Assembly (NCBI GenBank): GCA_048939265.1
Contig: JBHLPQ010000001.1
Coordinates: 6,726-70,725, forward strand
DNA length: 64,000 nucleotides
From: Promethearchaeota archaeon
GTDB lineage: Archaea; Asgardarchaeota; Heimdallarchaeia; Hodarchaeales; Hodarchaeaceae
Direction: 5' to 3'
In this document: positions 17,485-27,609 of the stretch, piece after piece
How the letters are laid out: each line of letters starts with the position of its first letter
Position numbering within the stretch: the stretch's first letter is position 1
The notes under the pieces: model-generated
Databases searched by the model: none
What the model saw: the letters and a program-made list of their open reading frames with translations, nothing else
What the model was told of the DNA's origin: nothing
Translations under genes and position numbers: made by a program

Positions 17485-18762
17485 TTGAGCGAAGAAAATG
17501 TAATTAATCGCTATATCTTAATAATACCAGCCGTAATAATCCAATTATGTCTAGGTTCGATTTATGCTTGGTCAAAATTCCAAACAGCTTTGGTTAGTGA
17601 AACTGGAGTTTATGCTTGGGATAAACTTCTCACTCAACTCCCATTTACCGTTGGTTTGGCTTCTTTTGCTGGATTCATGATTTTTGCAGGAAGATGGCAA
17701 GATAGGGCTGGACCGAAAAGGGTCGCTACAATTGGAGGGATCCTTCTAGGGATTGGGTGGTTTCTTGCAGGTTTTGTCGATATTATTGCAGGTGAAAATG
17801 AATTACTAGGATTTCTTTGGATTGCGTTGACTTATGGCTTAATAGGTGGTGCAGGCATTGGTTTTGCTTATGTTTGTCCCATTGCTGCTTTGGTTAAATG
17901 GTTCCCTGATCTTAAAGGATTAATTACTGGGATCGCAGTCGCAGGATTTGGTCTTGGCGCATTTTTCCTTCTATTCATTGAAGAATTTTTGATAGAAGAT
18001 ATCAGCAATGGTCAAATCAGTTTAGCCTTCTGGGTTCTGGGTATCCTTTTCCTGGTTCTCGTAGTAGGGTCAGCTCAAATACTACAAAATCCTCCTGAAG
18101 GGTGGAAACCGCTAGGATATACTCCAAAACCTAGTCAAGTTACATCCGTAGGAGATAAGAGAGATTTCGAGCCAACAGAGATGGTTCAAACCCCTCAATT
18201 CTGGCTTCTATGGCTGATGTTTATTCTGGCAGCGGCAGCTGGATTAATGACCATCGGAAATGTGACAACATTTACTAAAGATCAACTAATCTTAGGAGGA
18301 ATCTCTCCAGAGGATGCAAGTGTCCTAGCAGTGACAACAGGATCGTTTCTGTCAATTTTCAATTCCGCGGGAAGGATTGTATGGGGTGCTGCTTCAGACA
18401 GACTTGGAAGGATCATTACAATGATGATAATGTTTGGCACCCTTGGAGTTGCTATGTTTTTCTTCGGAATACAGCAAGAATTTCTCTTATTATTGATAGG
18501 AGCATGCTTAATAGGCTTCTGCTTTGGTGGTAATTTCGCTTTATTTCCCTCCGCAACAGATGACTACTTCGGTACAAAAAACCTTGGACGAAATTATGGT
18601 CTGGTTTTTACGGCTTATGGTGTTGCAGGAGCTTTAGGACCTTTCATTGCTGGAGTACTTGCATACAACGAAGCTTTCCCCATTCTCGGAATTCTGGCCT
18701 TCTTGGCTGCAGCTCTAGCTATCGTCACAGAATATTTGGCCCGAAGAAAAGCCGTTGTGTGA
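17485..18762 (+). CDS. MFS transporter (12-TM, oxalate/formate antiporter-like family), TTG start
   Basis: 425 aa, two 6-TM halves, a GxxxDRxGRR-like loop (GAASDRLGRI) between TM8 and TM9 and an MFS loop motif between TM2 and TM3. Confidence 0.8.
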   Translation: MSEENVINRYILIIPAVIIQLCLGSIYAWSKFQTALVSETGVYAWDKLLTQLPFTVGLASFAGFMIFAGRWQDRAGPKRVATIGGILLGIGWFLAGFVDIIAGENELLGFLWIALTYGLIGGAGIGFAYVCPIAALVKWFPDLKGLITGIAVAGFGLGAFFLLFIEEFLIEDISNGQISLAFWVLGILFLVLVVGSAQILQNPPEGWKPLGYTPKPSQVTSVGDKRDFEPTEMVQTPQFWLLWLMFILAAAAGLMTIGNVTTFTKDQLILGGISPEDASVLAVTTGSFLSIFNSAGRIVWGAASDRLGRIITMMIMFGTLGVAMFFFGIQQEFLLLLIGACLIGFCFGGNFALFPSATDDYFGTKNLGRNYGLVFTAYGVAGALGPFIAGVLAYNEAFPILGILAFLAAALAIVTEYLARRKAVV

Positions 18763-18769
18763 AGAAATT

Positions 18770-18806
18770 ACGTCTCTTAAAGACGTCAATTTTTTCTTTT
18801 TTTTTA
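18770..18806 (+). terminator. Hairpin (ACGTCTC-TTAA-AGACGT) followed by a long T-run
   Basis: Perfect 7-bp inverted repeat immediately after the MFS stop, followed by TTTTTTCTTTTTTTTT. Archaeal terminators are oligo-T tracts. Confidence 0.45.
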
Positions 18807-19008
18807 ATTATTTTTACTTATTAAACGTAATTAGTCCACAGTTATTGTGTCTTAACTTTTTAATTAGACCACCTCCCAAGAATTGGATAAGCTAAAACTC
18901 AATTACAATAAGAGAAACAAACTTCTTATTTTTTTGATAAAAGCTTTGAAATCGGATTATAAAGCTATAATTACCGTTGAATTCAAGTTTAGTTTTATAT
19001 GACGATTA

Positions 19009-21066
19009 ATGAACAAAAAAATGGGCGATAATATGTCTGAGATGACAGAAACAGAGAAAGAAAAATCAAAAAAATATTATCCTCTTCCTGAGCTGGCGGA
19101 AAATGCCAGAATCGCTAATATGGATGCATACTTCGAAAAATGGAAATATTCAATCGATAATATGGAAGAATTTTGGGCTGAAGAAGCAAAAAAGCTAGAT
19201 TGGATAACCCCTTATGAAAAAGTGTGGGTTCCCCCAACCGGAGAGAAAGATGAGTTTGTAGGCAAATGGTTTGCTGGAGGAAAACTAAATACCTGTTATA
19301 ATTGCCTTGATCGATGGGTTGAGAAGGGATATGCAGACGAGGTAGCCTTAATTTGGATGGGTGAAGATGATACAGTGAAAGAATACAGCTACAAATCACT
19401 CCTGATAGAAGTAAATAAAGCAGCGAATGCATTGAAGTCTTTAGGGGTTAAAAAAGGAGACCGTGTATGTATTTGGTTACCAATGGTTGATACACTCGCT
19501 ATCGTAATGCTAGCATGTGCACGGATTGGTGCTATCCATTCTATTGTATTTGGTGGATTCTCAGCAGAATCAGTGAAAGATCGAATTGATGATTCCGAAT
19601 GTAAAATCTTGGTTGTTGCGGACGAAGTACGGCGGGCAGGAAAAAACCGGCCAATGAAAGATAATCTTCGGGGTATCATTGAAACTTGTGATTCAATTGA
19701 AAAAGTAGCAGTCATCAAGCTTACCGGGGGCGATGTTTATGAATACAAAAAGGATGTAGATTTCTTAGCACTCATGAAGGAGCAATCCTCAGAATGTGAT
19801 TATGAAATAATGGATGCAGAGGATCCACTTTTCATTCTCTATACAAGTGGGACAACAGGAAAACCCAAAGGTGTTGTTCATACCACAGCTGGTTATTTAG
19901 TTTATGGAGTATCAACAAACTATTATGTCTGGGACTATTCATGCTTACTTGACTTGAAAGGAACAACCCCAGCAACACGAGATGTCTGGTATTGCACTGC
20001 TGACATTGGTTGGATAACTGGTCATACACAAATCATCTATGCACCGTTATCGTTAGGAGCTATTTCCATTATGTATGAAGGAGTTCCTACATACCCACAC
20101 CAAGGAAGATTTTGGGAGATCTGTGAGAAGTTCGGTGTCACTCACTTCTATACTGCTCCAACTGCAATCCGAGCATTAAAGAAATTCGGGGATGAACATG
20201 TCACAAAATGGGATTTGTCTAAGTTGAAAATGTTGGGAACAGTCGGAGAAGTATGCAATTGGCCCGAATGGCGTTGGTATTGGGAAATTGTAGGAAATGG
20301 CACAAAGGAAGATAAGCCTATTGGCCGTCCAATAGTAGATAGTTATTGGCAAACTGAAACTGGTTCTTATATGATGGTGAATCTCGGTGCAATCACCCCT
20401 ATGAAGCCTGGAAGTTGTACCTATCCCTTCTTCGGGATTAATCCTGTATTATTGGATGATGATGGGAAAAAAGTTTCCCAACCCAATATCCAAGCCTATT
20501 TTGCTTATGATATGCCTTGGCCAGGATTGATGAGAACAGTCTGGGGTGACCATGAGAGATTTGTAAACACTTATCTCACTCAATTTGAAGGTCATTACTT
20601 TACAGGAGATTATGCACTGATTGATGAAGAAGGGTACTATTTCATACTTGGCCGATCAGATGACGTTATTAAAGTTTCTGGTCACCGTCTTGGTTCCGCT
20701 GAGGTTGAAGCAGCTGTTAATTCTCATCCTAAAGTAGCTGAAAGTGCAGTTATCCCCTATCCTCACCCAGTCAAAGGTTCAACTATCTTTGCTTATATAA
20801 CACTTATGGAAGGCGCCGAACCATCTGATGAACTAAAGAAAGATATTCAAAAGCACGTTCGAACAGTAGCAGGGCCAGCTGTTTATCCGGAGATCATCAT
20901 GTTTGCTGAAGCAGTTCCTAAGACACGATCGGGAAAGATTATGCGCCGAGTCCTGAAAGCTGTGGCTGAAAAGAGAGATATTGGTAATGTTATGACTTTA
21001 GCCAACCCAGAAGTCGTTGAAGAACTTATTGCCCGCAGGAAAATGATGGGTGAAATTAAGTTCTAA
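19009..21066 (+). CDS. acs: Acetyl-CoA synthetase (AMP-forming) or a closely related short-chain acyl-CoA synthetase
   Basis: YTSGTTGKPKGV AMP-binding motif, WYCTADIGWITGH, YWQTETG, GDY...DEEGYY..GRSDDVIKVSGHRLG and the C-terminal PKTRSGKIMRR motif. Length 685 aa. Confidence 0.9.
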   Translation: MNKKMGDNMSEMTETEKEKSKKYYPLPELAENARIANMDAYFEKWKYSIDNMEEFWAEEAKKLDWITPYEKVWVPPTGEKDEFVGKWFAGGKLNTCYNCLDRWVEKGYADEVALIWMGEDDTVKEYSYKSLLIEVNKAANALKSLGVKKGDRVCIWLPMVDTLAIVMLACARIGAIHSIVFGGFSAESVKDRIDDSECKILVVADEVRRAGKNRPMKDNLRGIIETCDSIEKVAVIKLTGGDVYEYKKDVDFLALMKEQSSECDYEIMDAEDPLFILYTSGTTGKPKGVVHTTAGYLVYGVSTNYYVWDYSCLLDLKGTTPATRDVWYCTADIGWITGHTQIIYAPLSLGAISIMYEGVPTYPHQGRFWEICEKFGVTHFYTAPTAIRALKKFGDEHVTKWDLSKLKMLGTVGEVCNWPEWRWYWEIVGNGTKEDKPIGRPIVDSYWQTETGSYMMVNLGAITPMKPGSCTYPFFGINPVLLDDDGKKVSQPNIQAYFAYDMPWPGLMRTVWGDHERFVNTYLTQFEGHYFTGDYALIDEEGYYFILGRSDDVIKVSGHRLGSAEVEAAVNSHPKVAESAVIPYPHPVKGSTIFAYITLMEGAEPSDELKKDIQKHVRTVAGPAVYPEIIMFAEAVPKTRSGKIMRRVLKAVAEKRDIGNVMTLANPEVVEELIARRKMMGEIKF

Positions 21067-21089
21067 TTACTCCAACGATCTCTCTCCCC

Positions 21090-21099
21090 TTTTTTTCAA
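21090..21099. terminator. Oligo-T tract (CCCCTTTTTTTC) between the convergent acs and DUF167 genes
   Basis: A T7 run directly after the acs stop in an intergenic region shared by convergent genes. Confidence 0.3.
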
Positions 21100-21141
21100 A
21101 AATGATTTAGATTTTCTCTCGTTTTTCTCATTTCTTTACTT

Positions 21142-21432
21142 CTATTTGGTCTCCCCTAGAGCTTCCAATATCTGTTTAGATGATATGTTTCTGAGCCGGA
21201 AGATCTTTCTCGAGCTAGTTTGACCAGACTCTAGGATTACATCAGTATGGAATTTCTTTCGGAACATTTTTAGAAGCTTTTTATTGGCTTTTCCCTTAAT
21301 AGGAGGTTCCTTTATAGTTACAATGAGTTTTTCAGAATTAACAATGAACTGGTCTTTGTTTCGAAGAGTTTTAACTTTAGCTGTTACTAAAGTATCTTTA
21401 TCAACTTCTTTCAACCAGGTCAAGCTCGGCAC
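21142..21432 (-). CDS. DUF167 / YggU-family small protein
   Basis: VKTLRNKDQFI....KLIVTIKEPPIKGKANKKLLKMF...VILESGQTSSRKIFRL matches the YggU consensus (v.v.p.a....i.....l.v.v.app.dGkAN..l...la........v.i..G..sr.K.v.i). Confidence 0.6.
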   Translation of the reverse strand: MPSLTWLKEVDKDTLVTAKVKTLRNKDQFIVNSEKLIVTIKEPPIKGKANKKLLKMFRKKFHTDVILESGQTSSRKIFRLRNISSKQILEALGETK

Positions 21433-23384
21433 TTTAGTCCATCTTCTGAAATCTCAGTTATTTCTGAAAATAAAATTTCTTGTAATGAAAATCGTTCTTT
21501 TATAACCATAAGTGCCTTCTTTAACGTCAGTTGTTCTTCCATCCATATGAAGTTCAAAAAATATCGTGCTAAATTGCTTGGCCACAGGCTCTTTTCGAAA
21601 GAAGTATCCAATGCCAAGGAAATCCGACGTCTTAAACGGTTAACATATTGTTCGGATGATTTTTTCCCTAAACGTTTGATTATCTCAATTGGATTTTTTG
21701 AAGTCCAAAGGATGGAAAAGTTTCCCTGGTAGACGGAAAAACCATATATTAATCCAGTTTCTTCATCAGCCCTATATAATGGTTTGCCGATGAGATATCG
21801 GAAAGTTTCTGGGATCGAATGAAAGTACACTCCAATTTTTGCGTGAATTTTATCTGAGAAATTGAATGCTGCCGCAGGAAGAACTGAATAGAATGAAGCA
21901 GTTATCTCATGAGGGGAGATTAGGAGACGCTCCCGGTTACACATAAGCCACAAATTCTCTGCAGAGAAAGCTTCTCCTTCTCCTATTTGAAGCTCTTTTG
22001 TAAAAGTTTGTCGGAGTTCAGCTAACGTTTCCTTTCCCAATCCTTTTAAATATAAATCCAATAAATATGAAGGAGGCACTTTCCGTTCAATGACTAAACA
22101 TTGACCGAAAGGAGTTTCATGCATAATTCCAGCAATTAACCCAAAATCAGAACCAGCCATCCCGATAACTTTCTGATTAATGTGAGTTTGTTGAGAAATC
22201 GCCTCTCCTTTTGCGGGAATCCATGCTGGAATACTAATTTTTTTCAAATCTTCATTTTTCACTATTGGAAGTTCAAAAGAAGATGTATCAATTAATTCTG
22301 ACTCAATGAACCAGGCTTTCGTTAATTGGGCTTTTGCAGGGACTACTTCAAGTCCAAGGAGACTAATCCACTGGTTAACAAATGATGGTTGTAGAGCAAG
22401 TTCTTCAGGAATTTTTACCGCGTTAGCGATTTTATTCTGAATTTGTTGTGTAGTGATTGAATTTAAATCGAGACCGAGTTGATTAAAAATATCTCCATAT
22501 CCTTTCTTTAATGTGGACATTGAAAAAGGTTTTTCTTTGACAATAGGTAGAAAAATTGATTTATTTACAACAATAGGTGGGCGAAACAACCCAAGGGGGG
22601 TTTTATTAGGATCGTATGCAACAAATCCAACTAGACCCCATGGAGAGGAAATTCTCTTATCATCTGGCACTTCAATTTGAACTTCAGCAGGAAGCTCCTC
22701 CTCTTGATCTTTTGTTAGCAATGGTAGCTGAAGACTTCGATCCATTGGCTGAATGACTTCATCTAGATTAAAAATGTCTTTTCCAATTTCAGCGATTGGA
22801 TCGATTAAAGATCTTAAGATCTCAAGTTCTACATCATCGAGTTTTTCCCGTCTCTGTGTCAATTCATCCTCTGGAGTTATACCCTCTAAGTATTTTACCC
22901 AAATCTTCTTGAATTCTCTAACTAGGATAGAAATTTCTTCATTGTCCGTAATTTCCAGAAAAGAATCAATAAATTTTTGCATATCAAAGTTTAATGTTTT
23001 TTCCGAGGATTTCATACGAAATATCTTATCCTGTATGCGTAACTGAAGTTTTTTTTGCTTTTTTACTAATCTATTTTGCTCTGTAACCAGATCAGTAAGA
23101 ATTTTTTTCGATTCGTTCTTAGATAGTACTTTTGCCTCCCAAGCTTTGATTGTTTCTTTTATCTTGGCATCAATCTCGGTCAGGGATTGATTAAGACGTT
23201 CTAATTCATTATCAGTCTTTTTTAATCCAAAAATATCCAGAAATGGTGTTAACTGATTTTCAATGTTTAAGGAGCTTCTCATCCCATCAAGGATCTGAAC
23301 ATACTGATTTTCGTCAATCAGGTCTTTTTGACGAAGAGAAATGAGAAATTTCTGAAACTTAAAATGAGAAGACAATTCAACCAC
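21420..23384 (-). CDS. Large conserved hypothetical protein (654 aa). The N-terminal ~250 aa are coiled-coil; the C-terminal globular region is of unknown family.
   Basis: Long uninterrupted ORF with coding-like composition and no motif I can assign. Its stop overlaps the DUF167 start by 13 nt (likely operon). Confidence 0.5.
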   Translation of the reverse strand: MVELSSHFKFQKFLISLRQKDLIDENQYVQILDGMRSSLNIENQLTPFLDIFGLKKTDNELERLNQSLTEIDAKIKETIKAWEAKVLSKNESKKILTDLVTEQNRLVKKQKKLQLRIQDKIFRMKSSEKTLNFDMQKFIDSFLEITDNEEISILVREFKKIWVKYLEGITPEDELTQRREKLDDVELEILRSLIDPIAEIGKDIFNLDEVIQPMDRSLQLPLLTKDQEEELPAEVQIEVPDDKRISSPWGLVGFVAYDPNKTPLGLFRPPIVVNKSIFLPIVKEKPFSMSTLKKGYGDIFNQLGLDLNSITTQQIQNKIANAVKIPEELALQPSFVNQWISLLGLEVVPAKAQLTKAWFIESELIDTSSFELPIVKNEDLKKISIPAWIPAKGEAISQQTHINQKVIGMAGSDFGLIAGIMHETPFGQCLVIERKVPPSYLLDLYLKGLGKETLAELRQTFTKELQIGEGEAFSAENLWLMCNRERLLISPHEITASFYSVLPAAAFNFSDKIHAKIGVYFHSIPETFRYLIGKPLYRADEETGLIYGFSVYQGNFSILWTSKNPIEIIKRLGKKSSEQYVNRLRRRISLALDTSFEKSLWPSNLARYFLNFIWMEEQLTLKKALMVIKERFSLQEILFSEITEISEDGLKCRA

Positions 23385-23487
23385 ATTAGATTAAGCCAAA
23401 TAACTACGAAAAACCATACAATGATGGATGTGTGATCCGTCAGCTGAGATTATTTATCATGAAGTTTACTTACTCTAATTTAAGAGG

Positions 23488-24516
23488 TTATTCCTTTTCC
23501 TCAGTGGCAGCATCTGTTTTTTCTTGTATACTGTCTGGCATCTCAAAATCGAATGGTGGTTGTGTAGTGATAATAACACCATCTTCCTTAGTAATAATGA
23601 ATGTATGTTCATATTGGGCAACAAAACTCCCTTTATCATCTGCTAAAGGAGGATATGCAATAACTCCACCACCATTTAGGAGTTCACGTATTGCAAACCG
23701 GACACGCGCCTGATTAAACTGATCGTATGAGGTTAACCACCGTTCAGCAAAAGGCAAAGTTTTATATTTCTTATAGGTTGTTGAATAAATCTTTCTTGAC
23801 ACTGGATTCCGTAATGGTACGCGTTTTGGAAGCAGCATATAGATATACTTTGTACCAACGACCTCATGAACGCTCCCAGTCCCAGATGATGCAAAAGTTT
23901 CTAATGCGTAAGCCTCTCCAACCTCTAATGCCCCCTCTGCAGGATCATAGGGGGAACTAATATTAGGTAATCGTTTATCACCATGTAATTCATATCTGCC
24001 AAGTTTGTGGCCTGTTAATTCCCGAATAGGGCGATATCCATATCCAGTAATTGCTTCTTCAATTCGCTTACCAATTAACGAAGGTAATGTTCCTGCCTGA
24101 ATAATCTCTATTGCAGCTTTAAATCCTTCTTCTGCGGCTTTCTTCAAGTTTTTAAGATCAGGAGAAAGAATTATTGTCACAGCAGTATCCGCAATATAGC
24201 CATTACAGTGAACACCAATATCTAATTTGACACTCCCTTCATCAGGGATCACAGTCTCATCCCCATGAGGACTAGAATAATGAGCTGCAATGTTGTTAAT
24301 TGATACATTGGTTGGGAAACCTAAACCATCTGCTCCTTTTTCTAATATCAACCCCTCAGCAGTTTCACATATCCGGATAATGGGTACACCAGGTTTAATC
24401 AATTCTTTCACTTGGTTTAAAACTTCATATCCGATCTGTCCAGCCTTGCGGTAAAAGTAAAATTTCTCTTCTTCTGTTATTCCTTCTTCCGAGGTCCAAT
24501 CAGACATACCATTCAC
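23488..24516 (-). CDS. map: Methionine aminopeptidase, type 2 (archaeal/eukaryotic class) with an N-terminal extension
   Basis: GFPTNVSINNIAAHYSSP, KLDIGVHCNGYIADTAVTI and C-terminal blocks match the MetAP2 pita-bread signature. 342 aa. Confidence 0.85.
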   Translation of the reverse strand: MNGMSDWTSEEGITEEEKFYFYRKAGQIGYEVLNQVKELIKPGVPIIRICETAEGLILEKGADGLGFPTNVSINNIAAHYSSPHGDETVIPDEGSVKLDIGVHCNGYIADTAVTIILSPDLKNLKKAAEEGFKAAIEIIQAGTLPSLIGKRIEEAITGYGYRPIRELTGHKLGRYELHGDKRLPNISSPYDPAEGALEVGEAYALETFASSGTGSVHEVVGTKYIYMLLPKRVPLRNPVSRKIYSTTYKKYKTLPFAERWLTSYDQFNQARVRFAIRELLNGGGVIAYPPLADDKGSFVAQYEHTFIITKEDGVIITTQPPFDFEMPDSIQEKTDAATEEKE

Positions 24517-24670
24517 CTGTTTTCATTCTAGGTTTTGTTTCTAGGTCATACTCGTTGTTTTTACAAACAAATAAATAAACGATGTTTCGAACTTATCTCA
24601 CACAGATTAAAGGTTTAACGAGAAGATAAAAGATCCGATCATAATCGATACCCTCTCTGAGGAGCAACTT

Positions 24671-25894
24671 ATGTCTGATGAAAACATTCTAGTCAGAGTC
24701 AAACAGATTCTGACACAAAAATATTGTACTTCTGCTGATGAAACTGTGGAGACAATTGGTCAATGTGATAACCTAGGGGAAGCATTAGTTTCAACAGATT
24801 TTCCCGAAAAAGATTTTTATATTCGCATCCTCCAACACCTCCGACTTTTCTACAATTCCGAGTTTATGATCTACAGTGATCGAATCAAAAAAGCCCTTTC
24901 ATCATACCAAAAATTACAGACTGGAATACTAGAAACTCAAACGCAATATCCCGATCTATATTCACAACTCCAGTATGACATTGATCGGCTTGTTTTACGT
25001 ATAGATGCTCGAATCCAAGAGACCCGCGCTCGGATAGCTGAAGCTGAAAATGATATGGTTCAAGCAGATGTATTATATGTTGAGACAATTAATCGTTATA
25101 ATAATGAATTAACGCTAGAGCAGAATAAAAGCGATTATGACCATTATTTCAATTCTTTAGGGATTATCTTCTTCATCACAGGTCACCTATACCGATTGCG
25201 AGGAAAAAATTCTTCTAACGCTGAAGATCTATACCTTGCTTTAAGAAATTTGAAAAAAGCACAGTTTCTAGGGCATTCTGACAGTGAAATTTTGAATCAG
25301 ACCTTTGAGGATATTAAGACTATAACCGTAGGAAAATTAGAACACCAAGCAGAATTGCTCTTTACTCAAGGACTGACAAATTCAGAAGCAGATCAATTTG
25401 ATATAGCAAAAGCCAATTATCAGAAGTCAGCTCAACTGTATCATTCATTAAACAAGCTTCAGAAGAGCGTGGAGTATGAACTCCAAGAACAAATTCAAAA
25501 TTCTTCATATTATGAAGCAACTGCGAAAGCATTTATGATACAAGATAACAATGAGCAAGCTGCCCTTCAATTCTCCTATGCAAACCAAACTTTACAAAAA
25601 GTCCTTCAAAAGCTACCCAGTGATTCCCTGAGACAGTCCTTTCAACCCCAAATCAGATACTTTCAAGCAATGCAGCTATTTTGTCAAGCTGTTACAGAGT
25701 ATGACAACATGAGTCCAGAAGCGATAGACCATTTTACAGAAGCGCGAGAGAAGCTTGAGGAAGCAAAAGAGATGGCTGATGAGAATCAAAATGTTCCATT
25801 ATCCAAAGGTTGTACTGAAGCATTAAACAAACTCGATTCGTATCAAGAAATTGCAGGGATTATGTTCCAAGAAACTGACAGCGATGAGTCTTAA
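24671..25894 (+). CDS. Hypothetical all-alpha protein (407 aa), Gln/Glu/Leu-rich
   Basis: Long ORF with helical repeat-like composition. No enzymatic motif recognised. Confidence 0.4.
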   Translation: MSDENILVRVKQILTQKYCTSADETVETIGQCDNLGEALVSTDFPEKDFYIRILQHLRLFYNSEFMIYSDRIKKALSSYQKLQTGILETQTQYPDLYSQLQYDIDRLVLRIDARIQETRARIAEAENDMVQADVLYVETINRYNNELTLEQNKSDYDHYFNSLGIIFFITGHLYRLRGKNSSNAEDLYLALRNLKKAQFLGHSDSEILNQTFEDIKTITVGKLEHQAELLFTQGLTNSEADQFDIAKANYQKSAQLYHSLNKLQKSVEYELQEQIQNSSYYEATAKAFMIQDNNEQAALQFSYANQTLQKVLQKLPSDSLRQSFQPQIRYFQAMQLFCQAVTEYDNMSPEAIDHFTEAREKLEEAKEMADENQNVPLSKGCTEALNKLDSYQEIAGIMFQETDSDES

Positions 25895-26208
25895 TCTGAA
25901 TGTAATTGGGATAAGATTACGTAAGCTTCTAGTAAAGGTATCGATAGTTCTTGTGCCAGCTCTTCTGGATGAATTTTAGGGTTTTTAGGGAGGATTTTTT
26001 GGCGTGTCCACGCCAAATTAGCTGCAAAACCTGGGATCTCGCCCATCAAAGGCTCTAATAATGCGATTAGTTGTTCTTTACTTAGTTGTTCCAATAAATA
26101 TGGAGATTTTTTTCGTTCGATGATTCTAGGTTTCTTCTTCTGAAGTTTTGACGATACACTCGGTTTTTTCTCCCTTTTTTTGGGGATAAAATTAGAGAGA
26201 TCAGACAT
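25891..26208 (-). CDS. Small basic hypothetical protein (105 aa), possibly DNA/RNA binding
   Basis: Lys/Arg-rich N-terminus (KKREKKPSVSSKLQKKKPRIIERKK) then a helical region. Convergent 4-nt stop overlap with the upstream + gene. Confidence 0.35.
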   Translation of the reverse strand: MSDLSNFIPKKREKKPSVSSKLQKKKPRIIERKKSPYLLEQLSKEQLIALLEPLMGEIPGFAANLAWTRQKILPKNPKIHPEELAQELSIPLLEAYVILSQLHSD

Positions 26209-26302
26209 TCAACCATGTCACCATAGAAATCCGACTCCTAATGTATTAAAAATTTTTTGTGGAAAGTGAAACCTGAGATTTGATACCGGAAAATGGAATA
26301 TT

Positions 26303-26632
26303 TTGGAGATCATTCTAGAGATGTCAAAAAAACAAACTCAAAAAAAAGGTGGGGTCAGGCGACTTGTGTTGGATGTGTTAAAACTCCATGATCCATCGAT
26401 AGTTTCCTTTGCAACTGCTCTGGAGCAGGTTGCTGGAGTAACTGCAGTAAATTGTACCCTTGTTGAAATAGATGCGAAAACAGAGAATCTTAAGGTTGTA
26501 CTCGAAGGATCTGATATGGATTTTAACCTCATTTCTGAAACAATAACCGAATTACATGGCTCTATACACTCAATCGATCAAGTAGTCAGTGGAGCTCGGT
26601 TTGTTGAAGCTGTTGAAACCCCACAAGATTAA
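26303..26632 (+). CDS. DUF211-family protein (COG1888-like archaeal small protein)
   Basis: GVRRLVLDVLKLHDPSIVSFATALEQVAGVTAVNCTLVEIDAKTENLKVVLEGSDMDFNLI..HGSIHSIDQVV closely follows the DUF211 consensus (RRLVLDVLKPHEPSI...GV.GVNI.V.E.D.ETE.LKI..EG.DIDF..I...IE..GG.IHSIDEV). Confidence 0.65.
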   Translation: MEIILEMSKKQTQKKGGVRRLVLDVLKLHDPSIVSFATALEQVAGVTAVNCTLVEIDAKTENLKVVLEGSDMDFNLISETITELHGSIHSIDQVVSGARFVEAVETPQD

Positions 26633-26760
26633 CTGCACCTTTCAGTCAGTATTCCCCTAATTACAACCTACCATAGAAAGGAAAATGGTATCCGTCCTAT
26701 ATGGGAAGAGACACCCTCAATCTAGGGAATAATTAGACGCAGTCAGTTTAATTACAAGAA

Positions 26761-27072
26761 TCAGTCGCGAAGCTCAATAGACGTTTCAGGAAATCCTTCA
26801 TCAACTAGAATTGGTGAAATCGATCGAAGAAAATTACCCTGAAGCTCAATTCGGCCATCTTTCGTTGTTCCACCTGTTGCTAAACTCTTCTTCAGACGTT
26901 TAGACAGGCTTCTAAGATCGATATCTTTAGACAGTCCATCAATGACCGTCACCTCACGTCCCCATTTTCGTTTTTCAATAAAAACCCGAATTGACGTTTG
27001 TTCTTCTCGTGCAATATCAGAGCAAGCGCATAACTCTTCTGGCAGACCGCAGGTCTTGCAAATACTACCCAT
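26761..27072 (-). CDS. sui1: Translation initiation factor aSUI1 (eIF1 homolog)
   Basis: ICKTCGLPEELCACSDIAREEQ..IRVFIEKRKWGREVTVIDGL.....DLRSLSKRLKKSLATGGTTKDGRIELQGNF matches the archaeal SUI1 zinc-ribbon + SUI1 fold. Confidence 0.9.
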   Translation of the reverse strand: MGSICKTCGLPEELCACSDIAREEQTSIRVFIEKRKWGREVTVIDGLSKDIDLRSLSKRLKKSLATGGTTKDGRIELQGNFLRSISPILVDEGFPETSIELRD

Positions 27073-27196
27073 TTTTATTTATTAACCTCAGATTTTCAGT
27101 TTGCTAAATAATTAATTAGCTGATCCATCTTTATCTTGAATAAAATATAAACCTATCGAATAATTGCAAAATGTCGAAAACATCTATTTGGTTGTT

Positions 27197-27343
27197 TCAA
27201 TCAGTTTTCAACCTTTTGATAATTGGAGGACGCTTTTTCAACAATATTCGGTGGCCACAAATAATGCACCGAATTCCAGGTAAAGTTTCTAATTCCGCAG
27301 GGTCAATCTCCTGGTGGCATTTTTGACATAGATATGTCGTCAT
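27197..27343 (-). CDS. rpoP: DNA-directed RNA polymerase subunit P (Rpo12/RpoP, RPABC4 homolog), 48 aa. Not in the supplied ORF table because it is under 60 aa.
   Basis: Manual translation: MTTYLCQKCHQEIDPAELETLPGIRCIICGHRILLKKRPPIIKRLKTD. It has a C-x2-C...C-x2-C zinc ribbon with the RCPYCG.RIL.K.RP pattern characteristic of Rpo12, and sits between SUI1 and an ABC operon. Confidence 0.7.
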   Translation of the reverse strand: MTTYLCQKCHQEIDPAELETLPGIRCIICGHRILLKKRPPIIKRLKTD

Positions 27344-27609
27344 ATTTTCAGCCTTCAATCCTTAAGAAGTCTCATTTTGATTTCTCTTATAAAAAGCGCT
27401 TAAAAGACAACTTGATAAAATTTGCTATAGTAGGAGTATCTTTTTAGAGGACAAAAGATCAATTTAGGTGAATACCTCAACCTTGATAGAATATCTTATA
27501 AACTAAAGGGAGTAAATTTTGAATATTATAATACAAAAGTGGTGAATTGGGCGACTTTGAATGGATTCAGCCGTTTTGAATGTGCATGAACATCATTGGG
27601 GTATAACTC

